NCBI GenBank assembly: GCA_045863395.1
Contig: BTVJ01000067.1
Span: forward strand, 1 to 39,288
DNA: 39,288 nucleotides
Reading direction: 5' to 3'
Source of the DNA: Myxococcales bacterium
GTDB taxonomy: Bacteria; Myxococcota_A; UBA9042; JABWCM01; BTVJ01
The position numbers and the translations under genes are program-made. The stretch's first letter is position 1, and every line of letters starts with the position of its first letter. The notes below the pieces were generated by a model that was not told the origin of the DNA, ran no database searches, and worked only from the letters and a program-made list of their open reading frames with translations. This document shows positions 17,972 through 27,573 of the stretch, in pieces.

Positions 17972-20380
17972 TCAGCGGTGTGCGCGGCGGCGGCGACCCA
18001 TGGCCACGGCAATGAGCGCCACCAGCGCCACCGGGGGGCCGCTGGTGGTGCGGCAGCCGCCGCAGGAACCCGCGGTGTCTCCCGGGGGCGCGGTGGCGTC
18101 GTTGGACGGTGGATCCTCGGTGGGGGCGCTCCCGTCGGCGACGGGCGCGGTGGTCTCGCTCGTGGATGGAGCATCGGTGGTGGAGTCGGCTCTTGGGTCG
18201 GGCGCGTCGGCCGTCGTCGCAGAGTCCGCCGCTGCGTCCTTTGGTTGTGAGGCTACGTCCTGGACCGCGGAGACGTCCGCGGGCTCGGGGACGGCATCGT
18301 TGGCCGCCGCTGTGTCCGAGTGCGCCGAACCACTGTCCGCGCCGGTCGCGTCGATGGCGGCGGAGTCCGGGCTGGACGTGTCGACTCCCGTCGCGTCCGC
18401 CCCTTGCGTGTCCCCGCCGGCCGCGTCGGGGCCGGAGGCGTCCCAGCCGCCGGCATCTTCGGGCCCCACGCACTGGCCCTCCTGACAGAGGGTGCCGGCG
18501 GGGCAGCCGACCCAGCACCCCGTGCAAGCGAGGGGTGGCGCTGAGGCGACGCGAAGCTCGGCGGGGATGCAGCGCTGCGCGCCCGGGGTTGCCGCTGGCG
18601 CGTCCCCCTCCGGCGGCACGGGCCCGCAGACGTGGGAGCAGGAGGGGCAGTCCTCGCAATAGAGGCGGCCCTCCGAGCACCACACGGCCCGGCCGGCGCT
18701 GTCGCAGCAGCCTGCTCCACCGATCACGGCGGGGCAGTCGGGGGCGCTCGATCGCTCCGGCCCCAGGCACGACTCCGGGTACGGCGGCGCGCACTTGCCG
18801 TCTGCGCAGAACTCGCCCTCGCCGCACACACCGCAGCCGTCCGGGTCTCCGCAGCCGTTGGACCCGCACTCCTTCTGCCAGCAGGTGGGGACGCAGACAC
18901 ACTTCCCCGCGGCGCAGACCTCGTTGGGGCCGCACTCCCCGCAGAAGTCGTAGCACCCATCCGACCCGCACTCCTTCCCCTCGCAGCTCGGTGTGCAGCA
19001 CCACCCGTCGGGCATGCAGACGTCGGGCTTTGTACAGGTGCCGCAGAACTTGACTGGGGTCAGCTCCATGGGGTCGAAGTCGCACAGGGCCGTGCCGCAC
19101 TCCCGGTCGCCGCACTCCTGCACGCACGGACAGACCACCCCGCACTGCACCGTGCAGTGCTGCGCACAGAGAGAGTCCCACTGGACGTCGCAGCAGTAGG
19201 GGTCGAGCCCGCAGACGCAGTCCTCGCAGGGGCACCCGTCGCAGCCGGCGCCCTCCATCTCTTTGCACCCACGCTGGACACACTGCCCCTTGAAGCAGCT
19301 CTTCGGACCGAGGCAAAAGCCGCAGGGGTTTCCGCAGCCGTCGTCCCCGCACTCGCGGTTCTCGCAGGTGCATGGGATGCACTTTCCCCCGTTCTTGCCG
19401 CAGAAGGTCCCGTCGGGGCAGCTCCCGCACGAGCCGCCGCAGCCGTCGTGGGCGCCGCAGACGGCTCCGGCGCAGTTGGGGACACAGGCCGCCTTGGGGC
19501 ACTCTCCTCCGCACGCCGCACACTCCACGGAGCACAGCGCGTCCCAGGTCACGGAGCAACAGAACGGGTCCTCCGCACAGACGCAACCCTCGCAGTCGCA
19601 GCCGCAGCCGGGACCCGATCCTGACGTGCACCCCGGTCCAAGCGGCGCGCAGGAACCATCTGCCGTGCAGACGGCTTCGCCCCCGCAGCTCCCGCAGCTC
19701 CCTCCGCAGCCATCGGGACCGCAGGAGTTCCCGCCGCAGTCCGGCGTACAGCAGACACCCGTCGTCTCGACGCAGACCTGTCCGCCCGGGCACGGCCCAC
19801 ACTGGCCGCCACACCCATCGGGTCCGCACGCCTTTCCGTCGCACTTGGGTGCGCACTCCACGCACTTCCCGTCGAAGGTGCACACGGGCCTGTCCGCCGG
19901 GCAGGCCCCGCAGTCGTTCAGACACGGCCCGACCCCGCACTCCTGCTCACCGCAGGCGCAGGCGGGCACCACGCCGCAGTCGAGGTCGTCACTGGGTTTG
20001 ATGGGCAGACCGGCACAGCTCGCGGTTCCGCTCGTCGACTTCTTGCAGGGGCCGGGGCTCCAGGGATTGGTGCAGTCGGCAGCACAGAGGGTCGAGCCCT
20101 CCTCGTTGCAGAAGACGCGGTAGTCTCCGCTACAGCAGCCGGTCTTGGGCATCCCCTCGCAGCTCGGCGCGACAACACTGGTCTCGTACTGCGTGCATTG
20201 AATGTTCGGGATGCTGCACCACTCCAGGTCCTTCTTCGTGTAATAAGAGCACTCGGGCGGATTCGCGGCCACCGCGACCGACGGCACGAGGACGAGCGCC
20301 GCGATGATGAAGGCGCCAGGATGGTGCCGTCGACTCTGGCCATGGTGCTGTAGGGAGTCCTTCATTGTTCCGGTCGTCAT
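17972..20380 (-). CDS. Cys-rich repeat surface protein with MYXO-CTERM-like anchor
   Basis: ATG overlaps the upstream TGA, with a GGAGGT RBS; signal peptide; many C-x3-CG-x-DGCGG-x-CG-x-C repeats; two DP(F/Y)CC...WD..C modules; acidic linker; GCRTTSG-hydrophobic-RRRR tail. Confidence 0.85.
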   Translation of the reverse strand: MTTGTMKDSLQHHGQSRRHHPGAFIIAALVLVPSVAVAANPPECSYYTKKDLEWCSIPNIQCTQYETSVVAPSCEGMPKTGCCSGDYRVFCNEEGSTLCAADCTNPWSPGPCKKSTSGTASCAGLPIKPSDDLDCGVVPACACGEQECGVGPCLNDCGACPADRPVCTFDGKCVECAPKCDGKACGPDGCGGQCGPCPGGQVCVETTGVCCTPDCGGNSCGPDGCGGSCGSCGGEAVCTADGSCAPLGPGCTSGSGPGCGCDCEGCVCAEDPFCCSVTWDALCSVECAACGGECPKAACVPNCAGAVCGAHDGCGGSCGSCPDGTFCGKNGGKCIPCTCENRECGDDGCGNPCGFCLGPKSCFKGQCVQRGCKEMEGAGCDGCPCEDCVCGLDPYCCDVQWDSLCAQHCTVQCGVVCPCVQECGDRECGTALCDFDPMELTPVKFCGTCTKPDVCMPDGWCCTPSCEGKECGSDGCYDFCGECGPNEVCAAGKCVCVPTCWQKECGSNGCGDPDGCGVCGEGEFCADGKCAPPYPESCLGPERSSAPDCPAVIGGAGCCDSAGRAVWCSEGRLYCEDCPSCSHVCGPVPPEGDAPAATPGAQRCIPAELRVASAPPLACTGCWVGCPAGTLCQEGQCVGPEDAGGWDASGPDAAGGDTQGADATGVDTSSPDSAAIDATGADSGSAHSDTAAANDAVPEPADVSAVQDVASQPKDAAADSATTADAPDPRADSTTDAPSTSETTAPVADGSAPTEDPPSNDATAPPGDTAGSCGGCRTTSGPPVALVALIAVAMGRRRRAHR

Positions 20381-21672
20381 GGCGCCACCTCCCCCTGCGC
20401 GGCGACCGTCGTGCATGAGGCCAGATCCGGCCGGCGCTCCAGCACCCACGTGTCGTTGGTCGTGCTGGTCGACTTCGGGTGCTTCTTCCACCCGCCGAAG
20501 AGGAGGAAGCGGTCTCGCTTGGGGTCGTAGTGAACGTCGCTCTGCGTGATCAGAGGCTCTGAGGCCCCCACGTCGAGCCGGCGCATCTTCAGCGAGTGGG
20601 GACCTGTGGAGGCGATGGTCCACGTTTCGAAGACGTCGATGGCCTTGTCGCTCGTCGGCCAGTCGGGATACAACCAGAGCCCGTGACAGGTCGCGCGGTC
20701 CACCATCGGATCGTAGGCGCACCGACTACCGACAGCGGATGTTGGGAGTTCCGTGTCGAGGGCGAGTTGCACCCACTCCTCGCCTCCCGGGGTAGAGAGC
20801 CCGGTGAGCGCCCACGCATCCAGCGGGCCCCGCACCTTGCACGGTCCCTGATAGCACCTCATTCCCGCAACGACGACGAGCATGTCTCGCTTGGAGTCGT
20901 AGTAGTGGAACCCGAAGGCCCGGGTTCCCATGCCGCTCCCTCCCGACGTCAGGTGTCGCCACCGAGGCAGGTCCTCCGCAAGCTCCAGGATCCAGGTGTC
21001 GGAAAGGACCCTATTGTCCCTGACGCCGCCATGGAGGACCATGGCGTTCCTGGCCGCGACGAACGCGCCGTGCGATGGGTTGCCAGGGAGCGGCCTTGGC
21101 TGCAACGGTCTCACAGGCAAGAAAGCCTTTGGCGAATTGAGGTCGTAGGTCCAGAGATCATTGAGATACTTGGTGTTTGGGATCAGCAACGTCGTCCCGA
21201 GCGTGAAGATGACTCGGTTTCTGACGGCATCGATGACCACTTCCCCCGTGCGCCCGACTGGCCTTGGGTCAGCCGCGGGCAGCTCGGTCCACTGCAATGC
21301 GGGCTCGAAGGACAGAGCCCAGATATCGTTCCCGTCGACTGGGCCCGGGTTCGCCGAACTCTTCTTGTAGCCTCCGACGAGGATGAGCCGGTCTCCTGTG
21401 GGGTCCAGAGCGAGCCCACCCTGGTGTTCGCGTGGCACGGGCAGCGGGGGCGGAATCTCCAACTGCCTCCAGCGCAGCGGGACCTTCGCCCACGCCGCAC
21501 TCCCCTCCGAGCTCAGAGGTGCCGCGACCATCACATTGTCGAGCTTCTTCGATGGCGCCGTTGATCGCGCGGGCCCCGGCCCCGCCGGCGCCGCGTCCTC
21601 GCGGCAGCCGGTCGGGGTCAGAGCCAGGAGCAACCACACGGCGACCCGGGTCGCTGTGCTATGGGCCATCAT
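20377..21672 (-). CDS. Kelch/beta-propeller lipoprotein
   Basis: LLLALTPTGC lipobox-like signal; repeated blades (LILVGG...NDIW, VLHGG...SDTW, LLFGG...NDTW). Confidence 0.8.
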   Translation of the reverse strand: MMAHSTATRVAVWLLLALTPTGCREDAAPAGPGPARSTAPSKKLDNVMVAAPLSSEGSAAWAKVPLRWRQLEIPPPLPVPREHQGGLALDPTGDRLILVGGYKKSSANPGPVDGNDIWALSFEPALQWTELPAADPRPVGRTGEVVIDAVRNRVIFTLGTTLLIPNTKYLNDLWTYDLNSPKAFLPVRPLQPRPLPGNPSHGAFVAARNAMVLHGGVRDNRVLSDTWILELAEDLPRWRHLTSGGSGMGTRAFGFHYYDSKRDMLVVVAGMRCYQGPCKVRGPLDAWALTGLSTPGGEEWVQLALDTELPTSAVGSRCAYDPMVDRATCHGLWLYPDWPTSDKAIDVFETWTIASTGPHSLKMRRLDVGASEPLITQSDVHYDPKRDRFLLFGGWKKHPKSTSTTNDTWVLERRPDLASCTTVAAQGEVAP

Positions 21673-21674
21673 GG

Positions 21675-24662
21675 CTACGGCTCCGGGGGCGGGAATCCCC
21701 GCGGCAGGTAGCCCTCCTGGTCCACGGTGCACCGCCCGTACTCACAGTCGAAGCCCGCAGGACACTCCAGGCCCTCGTCCTCGCCGCACACAGGCGAGAA
21801 GACCATGTCGGGCTGCTGGTTCAGGCCGAAGTGCCGGAATCCTCGGAGGGACAAGAACTCCCACTCGTCGGTATCACGGTAAGCCTTGACATTCGACTGC
21901 CCGCGCACGTTGGGGTTCGTCTCCGCGTACCAGGGCCCGCACCCCTGCCAGTACCCGATCTGTTCGTCCCAGTGGTCCTTCCAAAAGAGGAACGCCCCGA
22001 CGGGGTCTTCGTCCAGGTCGTCGTTCTCGTTCCAATCGATCTCAGGCCGAGCTGAGTCCTTATAGAGCGGCACCGGCCCCCACTCCCCCGGATAATAGGG
22101 GTCTCCGGGGTATCCCTGGTTGTTTCGGATGCAGTAACCGGCCCAGTAGAGTTGGAACATGCGGTTGTCGATGTACGCGTTGTCGTAGTCCCCGGGATCC
22201 ACGTCCAGCCCGAAGGTGTCCCCGATGCCGTCCTCTTCAGAAAGGGCCCCGACCACACACACGCCCTCCAAGCAGCACTTCTCTCCCTCGACCCAGTCCA
22301 GGACCGGAATAGGGCACTCCGGATCGTCCTTGTCCGGGCACTCCGAGTCCTCGCAGCTCACGCCTCGGTCGGCGAAGCCCTGCACCGTCTTGTGGACGCC
22401 GCTGGAGTAGTCCAGCGCGGGAAGGTTGGTCGCGTCCCAATCTCCCTGCGTGCTGACTCCGTAACTTGTGGTGAACTGGTAGGACATCACACTGATGAAG
22501 TTGACGACATCCCGAACACCCCGCGTGCAGAGACCCCCTCGGCACTCGCCGAAGTCACCGGTACACTCGTGGTCGAAGGTGCACTGCTCTTGGTCGTCCT
22601 GCTCGATCCAGCCGTGAAGCAGGCCAAAGATGTGACCCAACTCGTGGAATGCCCGAACACGGAAGGTGGCCTCATCCCACCAAGAAGCCCCGAAGGCCAC
22701 CCACGGCTGGTACAGCGCCACCCAACCTGGGAACAGGTCCTTGCAGCCGGGGTAGGGGTCATCGCAGCCCTGCTCCAGCAGGCAACACGAGGAATAGTCC
22801 GAGAACATCGTCTCTCCTACGCCGCTGGCGCCCTCACCCGGGAACTCGTTCTGCAGCCACACCTCCCCGAAGATTCCCCGCCGGTTCCGGGGGACGAACG
22901 CATACGGCTGCGAGGGGTCGCCCCTCATCACCTGCTGCATGTTGTAGGGCGTCAAGGTGGCCTCGTCACCGAAGTAGTCCTGGTGGACCAGCGCGTAGGT
23001 GTCGCACGGGTTCAAGCAGTTCGCTGGCACGCAGCGCTTCGGACCCCCGGCAAACGCCTCGGTGCAGTAAGTTCCGCCTGGGCAGCCCTGGACGTCGCAG
23101 TCCGTCGTGGGTACACACAGCCGGCCCCAGGGCGGATCGAACTCCTCGCAGACGGTCCCGCCACCAGTACACTGCTCATAGGGCGCGCACGCCTCCGGGC
23201 ACTGCTCGCAGATGTCCGCACAGGCGTCACCCGCGGACACAGCGAACATGTCGCAGTAGCACGTCTCGTAGTGGTCCCGTTCCACGCAGCGCCCTTCACA
23301 GGATCCGGGCGGCGGATCCTCGAGCACGACCGTCGGGCACGGCTCGATGGCATACGACTCACACTCGGCGCGGGGCTCCATGGCGATGCAGAAGTTCGGG
23401 TTCTCCGGCCCGATATTGCCGCCGGTCCCGCCCTGCGCGAGCTGGCCGTAGTCGAAGAAGAGCTTGATCGGGCTCTTCGCCGCGCCCGTGGTCGCCGTCT
23501 CGCTCCCGTAGGCCGCGACGATCTGCGCGAGCGATGGGGCAAGCCGCCCGAACACGTCTACCTCGAGCTCACCGATCTGCGGCCAATCCACTTGGAAGAA
23601 CCCGTTCTGGATCAGTGGGTCGCCGCCGTAGTACGCGAGGTTGATGGCGTCGCTCGTGTAGGGGTCGCAACCGTAGAACGTACAGCCACCGACCGTCTCC
23701 CAGTCGTCGCGGAGACCGTCACCATCGGTGTCCTTGGGGTTGGCGTCCGGGCACTCCGACTCGTCCCAGCACGTGCCCAGCGCTACCTCCAGCTCTGTAC
23801 CCAGGTAGTCGTGGTCCGGGTCCCTCCCCGAGATCGCCACGTCGTTGCGGTAGAGGGTCACCGTGCCGTTGCCGTACAGGTTCGTGTCCCAGTACGAGTG
23901 TCCGACCACGTAGCCGAAGGCGAAGGTTCCGCTGGGGTAGGCGGTGATGGACGACGAGCTGGCCGCCAGCGGGAGCGCCGGCTGGCCCCAGATCCCCGGG
24001 TTGACCGACGGGTCCCCGAACGGAGCCGTCGAGGACAGCGCGTAGCCGTAGAGCTTCTCCGTGCCGGCCAGCGCGAGGACTCCAGGGAGCAGCATCCCGT
24101 GGGTCCAGATGTCCTCGTTGGGCACGGGACGCACCGCCGTGTACGCCAACTGGAGCTTGTCGTCGGCTTCCCACTCGATGGGGTCGTTGACGGTCCAGCG
24201 CCTGGTGACGTCCCCGCCTGGCTCGATGGTCTCGCTGACCACGGGCGTGCCATTCTTGACGCCCGCCTCGAAGAGGCACGATCCGCTCGTCGCGTTGGAC
24301 TTGCGGTGGACGAACACGATGACCGTCGTGCCTGAGGTGAGGGAGATATCCCGGCAGGAGGTCAGCTCCGAGGTGGGGAAGAGGTCGGTGCAGTTGCCGC
24401 CCGCCACGTCGTCGTTGGAGCGGATCCACGCGCCGGTGCTGCGGTTCCATACGTGGAGCACCGTGTCGAGGCCGCCCGTCGCCTGGGACGTGCGGAAGCG
24501 CCACGTCGCCGTCGAGTTGATGTAGACCAGCTTGAAGTAGATGCGACCGGCGTCCTCGACGTGGAACACCCGGTCGTCGTTGGCCGTGGCAGCCCGGGCC
24601 CCGTTCTCGTCGAACCCGGCCAGGGTCACACAGAGGATCGCGAGCACGGAGGTGAGCTTCAT
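21675..24662 (-). CDS. Secreted metzincin-type zinc metalloprotease with Ca-binding and Cys-rich modules
   Basis: Signal peptide MKLTSVLAILCVTLAG; DTDGDGLRDDWE motif; HELGHIFGLLH (HExxHxxGxxH) with SVMSY Met-turn; GGAGGT RBS. Confidence 0.85.
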   Translation of the reverse strand: MKLTSVLAILCVTLAGFDENGARAATANDDRVFHVEDAGRIYFKLVYINSTATWRFRTSQATGGLDTVLHVWNRSTGAWIRSNDDVAGGNCTDLFPTSELTSCRDISLTSGTTVIVFVHRKSNATSGSCLFEAGVKNGTPVVSETIEPGGDVTRRWTVNDPIEWEADDKLQLAYTAVRPVPNEDIWTHGMLLPGVLALAGTEKLYGYALSSTAPFGDPSVNPGIWGQPALPLAASSSSITAYPSGTFAFGYVVGHSYWDTNLYGNGTVTLYRNDVAISGRDPDHDYLGTELEVALGTCWDESECPDANPKDTDGDGLRDDWETVGGCTFYGCDPYTSDAINLAYYGGDPLIQNGFFQVDWPQIGELEVDVFGRLAPSLAQIVAAYGSETATTGAAKSPIKLFFDYGQLAQGGTGGNIGPENPNFCIAMEPRAECESYAIEPCPTVVLEDPPPGSCEGRCVERDHYETCYCDMFAVSAGDACADICEQCPEACAPYEQCTGGGTVCEEFDPPWGRLCVPTTDCDVQGCPGGTYCTEAFAGGPKRCVPANCLNPCDTYALVHQDYFGDEATLTPYNMQQVMRGDPSQPYAFVPRNRRGIFGEVWLQNEFPGEGASGVGETMFSDYSSCCLLEQGCDDPYPGCKDLFPGWVALYQPWVAFGASWWDEATFRVRAFHELGHIFGLLHGWIEQDDQEQCTFDHECTGDFGECRGGLCTRGVRDVVNFISVMSYQFTTSYGVSTQGDWDATNLPALDYSSGVHKTVQGFADRGVSCEDSECPDKDDPECPIPVLDWVEGEKCCLEGVCVVGALSEEDGIGDTFGLDVDPGDYDNAYIDNRMFQLYWAGYCIRNNQGYPGDPYYPGEWGPVPLYKDSARPEIDWNENDDLDEDPVGAFLFWKDHWDEQIGYWQGCGPWYAETNPNVRGQSNVKAYRDTDEWEFLSLRGFRHFGLNQQPDMVFSPVCGEDEGLECPAGFDCEYGRCTVDQEGYLPRGFPPPEP

Positions 24663-25311
24663 GGGGTCACCTCCTTCGGGGACGGCGCCCCTTCCGCATC
24701 CCCCAGCGCTGCCTCCTTCATCTTCCCATAGGCCTCGCCGCGTTCGTCGTCTGGCAGGGACGCCAGCCACTCCGCCTTGGCGAGCACCTCCGCCTGAAAG
24801 GCAGCCACCTTCTGCGCGTAGCCGGTGTCGGCGGCCTTCGCTGGGAGCGGCGTCTTCGCCGACGCCACCGCGGGCAGCGCCTCGATAGCCGCGGCCGATA
24901 GCTTGAGCGCCGAGGACACCACCAGCCTGTCGCCGCTCCGCGCCCCCCCCCGCCAGGTGACGTCGAAGCCGGGGCTGAAGAAGAGAGGGACAGAGGCGAC
25001 GAAGAAGCTCTGCTCGTGGGCCTGGTCCACCGGAATGGATCCAGGAGCCCCCGCCGGGCGGGACCATGCCAGGAACTCCTCCGTCTCGGTGCTGAGCCAA
25101 ACCTGCTCCTCCAGGATCTCCACCCCGTCGCCGGCAGGCCGCGACGGGAGCGCCACGAGGAGCAGCGCGGCCTCGTCGGTGCGCGCGCTACCGAACTCGA
25201 AGTGCTGGATATTCTGAGACTTTTCTACGAAGCCCCCCCCCCCGTGGGCTCCGCGACCGCCGACGCCGTCGCGAGGATCATCGCGACCGCCACACCCCGA
25301 TGCCAGACCAT
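24659..25311 (-). pseudogene. Secreted hypothetical protein frameshifted at a G11 homopolymer (phase-variable candidate)
   Basis: AAAGGAGG RBS, ATG 25311 and signal peptide MVWHRGVAVAMILATASAVA run into G11 (25233-25243) and stop at TAG 25225-25227. The rest of the gene (GFVEKSQNIQHFEFG...KEVTP) is in another frame; G12 or G9 joins them (217 aa with G12). Confidence 0.75.
25233..25243 (-). repeat. G11 homopolymer (simple sequence repeat)
   Basis: Eleven consecutive C on the + strand, the longest homopolymer I found in the window. Confidence 0.95.
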
Positions 25312-25865
25312 GCTCGAGCCTCCTTTGGGTCCGCATCCTGCGCAAAGCCTACCCCGCCAGACCCCACGGGGCGACGCGCTCTCGCCATGCTCCTGATGCT
25401 GCGCCTCGCCCTACGCGGGCGTCAAGCTCTGTGTTTGCTGCTCGAGGTCGTTGTGGTTGCCGAAGGCTTCGATTCGTGGAGTTGCATGAATTCTTTGCCT
25501 GACTGTGTCCTACCGGTGACCCTAAGAGGGGCACGTCTACTTGCACCGCCGCCGAGAGCAAATTGAACCTGAATACCCTCATAGTCGACGTTATCCTTCC
25601 AACCTGGCCCCAAGAGACATTGAATGCTCCACCGTGGGCGAAATCTCCGACGTGGCCCCCAACAGGGGCGTCAACGCGCTTGCCTGCTTCATTGCTGTGG
25701 GGAGAGAGGGGACGCGGGCTCGGTGCCGGGCCATCCGGTCGTGCCCTCGCCCGCGGCACAAGGCCACCGCGGGCCCTGTTCGCGTGGTCGGTCTGAGGGA
25801 TGCTTCGGCGGGGTCCCGCTGGCCGGAGACGCCTCGGCGCCAGTGACGCGGAAGCACTCGGCGCC

Positions 25866-25894
25866 TTGCGTCGTCGCGCAGCGGGACATATCGT
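25866..25894 (+). promoter_or_regulatory. Putative sigma70 promoter, leaderless AAA-nuclease gene
   Basis: TTGCGT-N17-TATCGT, 7 nt before ATG 25902, with no SD sequence. Confidence 0.55.
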
Positions 25895-25901
25895 GGCCTC
25901 C

Positions 25902-27464
25902 ATGAGGTTCTTCAACACCGCCGGGCCCTGCATCGAGGGCATGCACTACATGCTGCCGCCCCTCGACCGCATCCCCGAGGCGCGGGGCCTCGTGGACAGG
26001 GGGGCGTACTTCGTCGTCCACGCGCCGCGCCAGTCGGGCAAGACCACCGCGCTGCGGGCGCTCGCCAAGACGCTCACCGAGGAGGGGCGCTACGCCGCTC
26101 TCGCGTTCTCCTGTGAGACGGCGGCGGCCACCGGTGACGACTATGCGGCAGCGCAGCGGGCCATCCTCTCCCAGATGGAGCTGTTCGCTCGCTTCGACCT
26201 GCCGCCCGAGCTCGCCCCGCCGGCGCTGCCCGCCGCCGCCCCCGAGGCCCTGCTCGCTGCCGCGCTGTCCGCGTGGGCGGCCTCCTGTCCTCGCCCCCTC
26301 GTGCTGCTCTTCGACGAGATCGACGCGCTGCGAGGCGACAGCCTCCGCTCCGTGCTGAGCCAGCTCCGCGCCGGCTTCGTGGCGCGGGGGCGCGGGTTCC
26401 CCTGGTCCGTCGTCCTGTGTGGGCTGCGTGACGTGCGCGACTACCGCACGGCTGCCGGGGCCGACCCGGACCGCATCGGCTCGTCGAGCCCGTTCAACGT
26501 CAAGACCGAGTCGCTGCGCCTCGGGAGCTTTGACAGGAACGACATCGAAGCTCTCTACGCCCAGCACACAGCAGAGACGGGCCAGGCGTTCGCGCCTGGG
26601 GCGGTCGACCGTTCCCTTGAGCTCACGGGCGGCCAGCCCTGGCTCGTCAACGCTCTGGCCCGCGAGGTGGTCGAGAAGATGTGCGTGCCCGCTGCGGAGA
26701 CGATCAACGCCGGCCACTGCGACCAGGCGAAGGAGCGGCTCATCCTCGCGCGCCAGACCCACCTGGACTCCCTCGTGGCGCGCCTCCAGGAGCCTCGCGT
26801 CCGGCGCATCCTCGCGCCGCTGCTCGCCGGTGACGCGCTGGGCGGTGACGAGTACGACGACGACGCGTCCTTCGTGCGCGACCTGGGGCTGGTCGTGGAC
26901 AAGCCATTGCGCATCGCCAACCCCATCTACAAGGAGGTCCTGGTCCGGGTCCTCGCCGCGGCGGCCGAGTCCAACATCCAGCTCCCGGACCGCCCCTGGG
27001 CAGACGACGCGGGCCGCCTCGATCTCCGGGGCCTCCTGGTCGCCTTCGCCGAGCTCTGGCGCGAGCAGGGTGCGGCCATGACCCCCAAGATGCCGTACCA
27101 CGAGGTGGCGGCCCAGCTCGTGCTGTCCGCCTGGCTCCAGCGCGTCGTCAATGGGGGCGGCTTCGTGGACCGGGAGTACGGCGTCGGCAGACGTCGCATC
27201 GACGTGCTCGTCCGGTGGCCCCTGCCGGGCGGCGCGTGGCAGCGCGAGGCTCTGGAGCTCAAGATGCGCCGCGACCACGAGGCGGACCCGACCCCCGAGG
27301 GCCTGCGCCAGATCGAGGGCTACCTGGCGTCGCTCGGCCTCGATCATGGCTGGCTCGTCGTCTTCGACCGCCGCTCCGACGCCCCGCCGGTCGCCGAGCG
27401 GACCGCCTTCGACGAGGCAAGGACCCCCTCCCTCGGCTTGGCGGTGTCCATCCTGCGGGCGTGA
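25902..27464 (+). CDS. AAA+ ATPase fused to C-terminal PD-(D/E)xK nuclease domain
   Basis: MRFFNTAGP N-terminus; Walker A APRQSGKTT; Walker B LLFDEID; TGGQPWLV; C-terminal REY...GRRRIDV...LELK...QIEGYL. Confidence 0.9.
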   Translation: MRFFNTAGPCIEGMHYMLPPLDRIPEARGLVDRGAYFVVHAPRQSGKTTALRALAKTLTEEGRYAALAFSCETAAATGDDYAAAQRAILSQMELFARFDLPPELAPPALPAAAPEALLAAALSAWAASCPRPLVLLFDEIDALRGDSLRSVLSQLRAGFVARGRGFPWSVVLCGLRDVRDYRTAAGADPDRIGSSSPFNVKTESLRLGSFDRNDIEALYAQHTAETGQAFAPGAVDRSLELTGGQPWLVNALAREVVEKMCVPAAETINAGHCDQAKERLILARQTHLDSLVARLQEPRVRRILAPLLAGDALGGDEYDDDASFVRDLGLVVDKPLRIANPIYKEVLVRVLAAAAESNIQLPDRPWADDAGRLDLRGLLVAFAELWREQGAAMTPKMPYHEVAAQLVLSAWLQRVVNGGGFVDREYGVGRRRIDVLVRWPLPGGAWQREALELKMRRDHEADPTPEGLRQIEGYLASLGLDHGWLVVFDRRSDAPPVAERTAFDEARTPSLGLAVSILRA

Positions 27465-27538
27465 CGCCCCCCAGTGCGGGCATCAGGTCGACCCACCTCG
27501 TGGCAGGAGGCGGTCTCGGGCGTCCAGAGTCCAAGCTC

Positions 27539-27566
27539 TTGCCACACGAAGTCCGCACGCTACCAT
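27539..27566 (+). promoter_or_regulatory. Putative sigma70 promoter, leaderless MNT-HEPN operon
   Basis: TTGCCA-N16-TACCAT, 7 nt before ATG 27574. Confidence 0.5.
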
Positions 27567-27573
27567 GGGACAG

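Noticed and set aside
21675..25100. 1141-aa version of the metalloprotease
   Set aside because: The RBS and signal peptide indicate ATG 24662; the extension overlaps the upstream gene in another frame.
25528..25545. GGCACGTCTACTTGC as a sigma-54 promoter
   Set aside because: The spacing is GG-N11-GC rather than the obligatory N10, and no gene start is close.
25349..25900. Short ORFs in the A/T-richer intergenic stretch (e.g. 25422-25613 minus)
   Set aside because: No RBS, atypical codon usage and no motif. It could be a gene remnant or regulatory DNA, but I cannot support a call.
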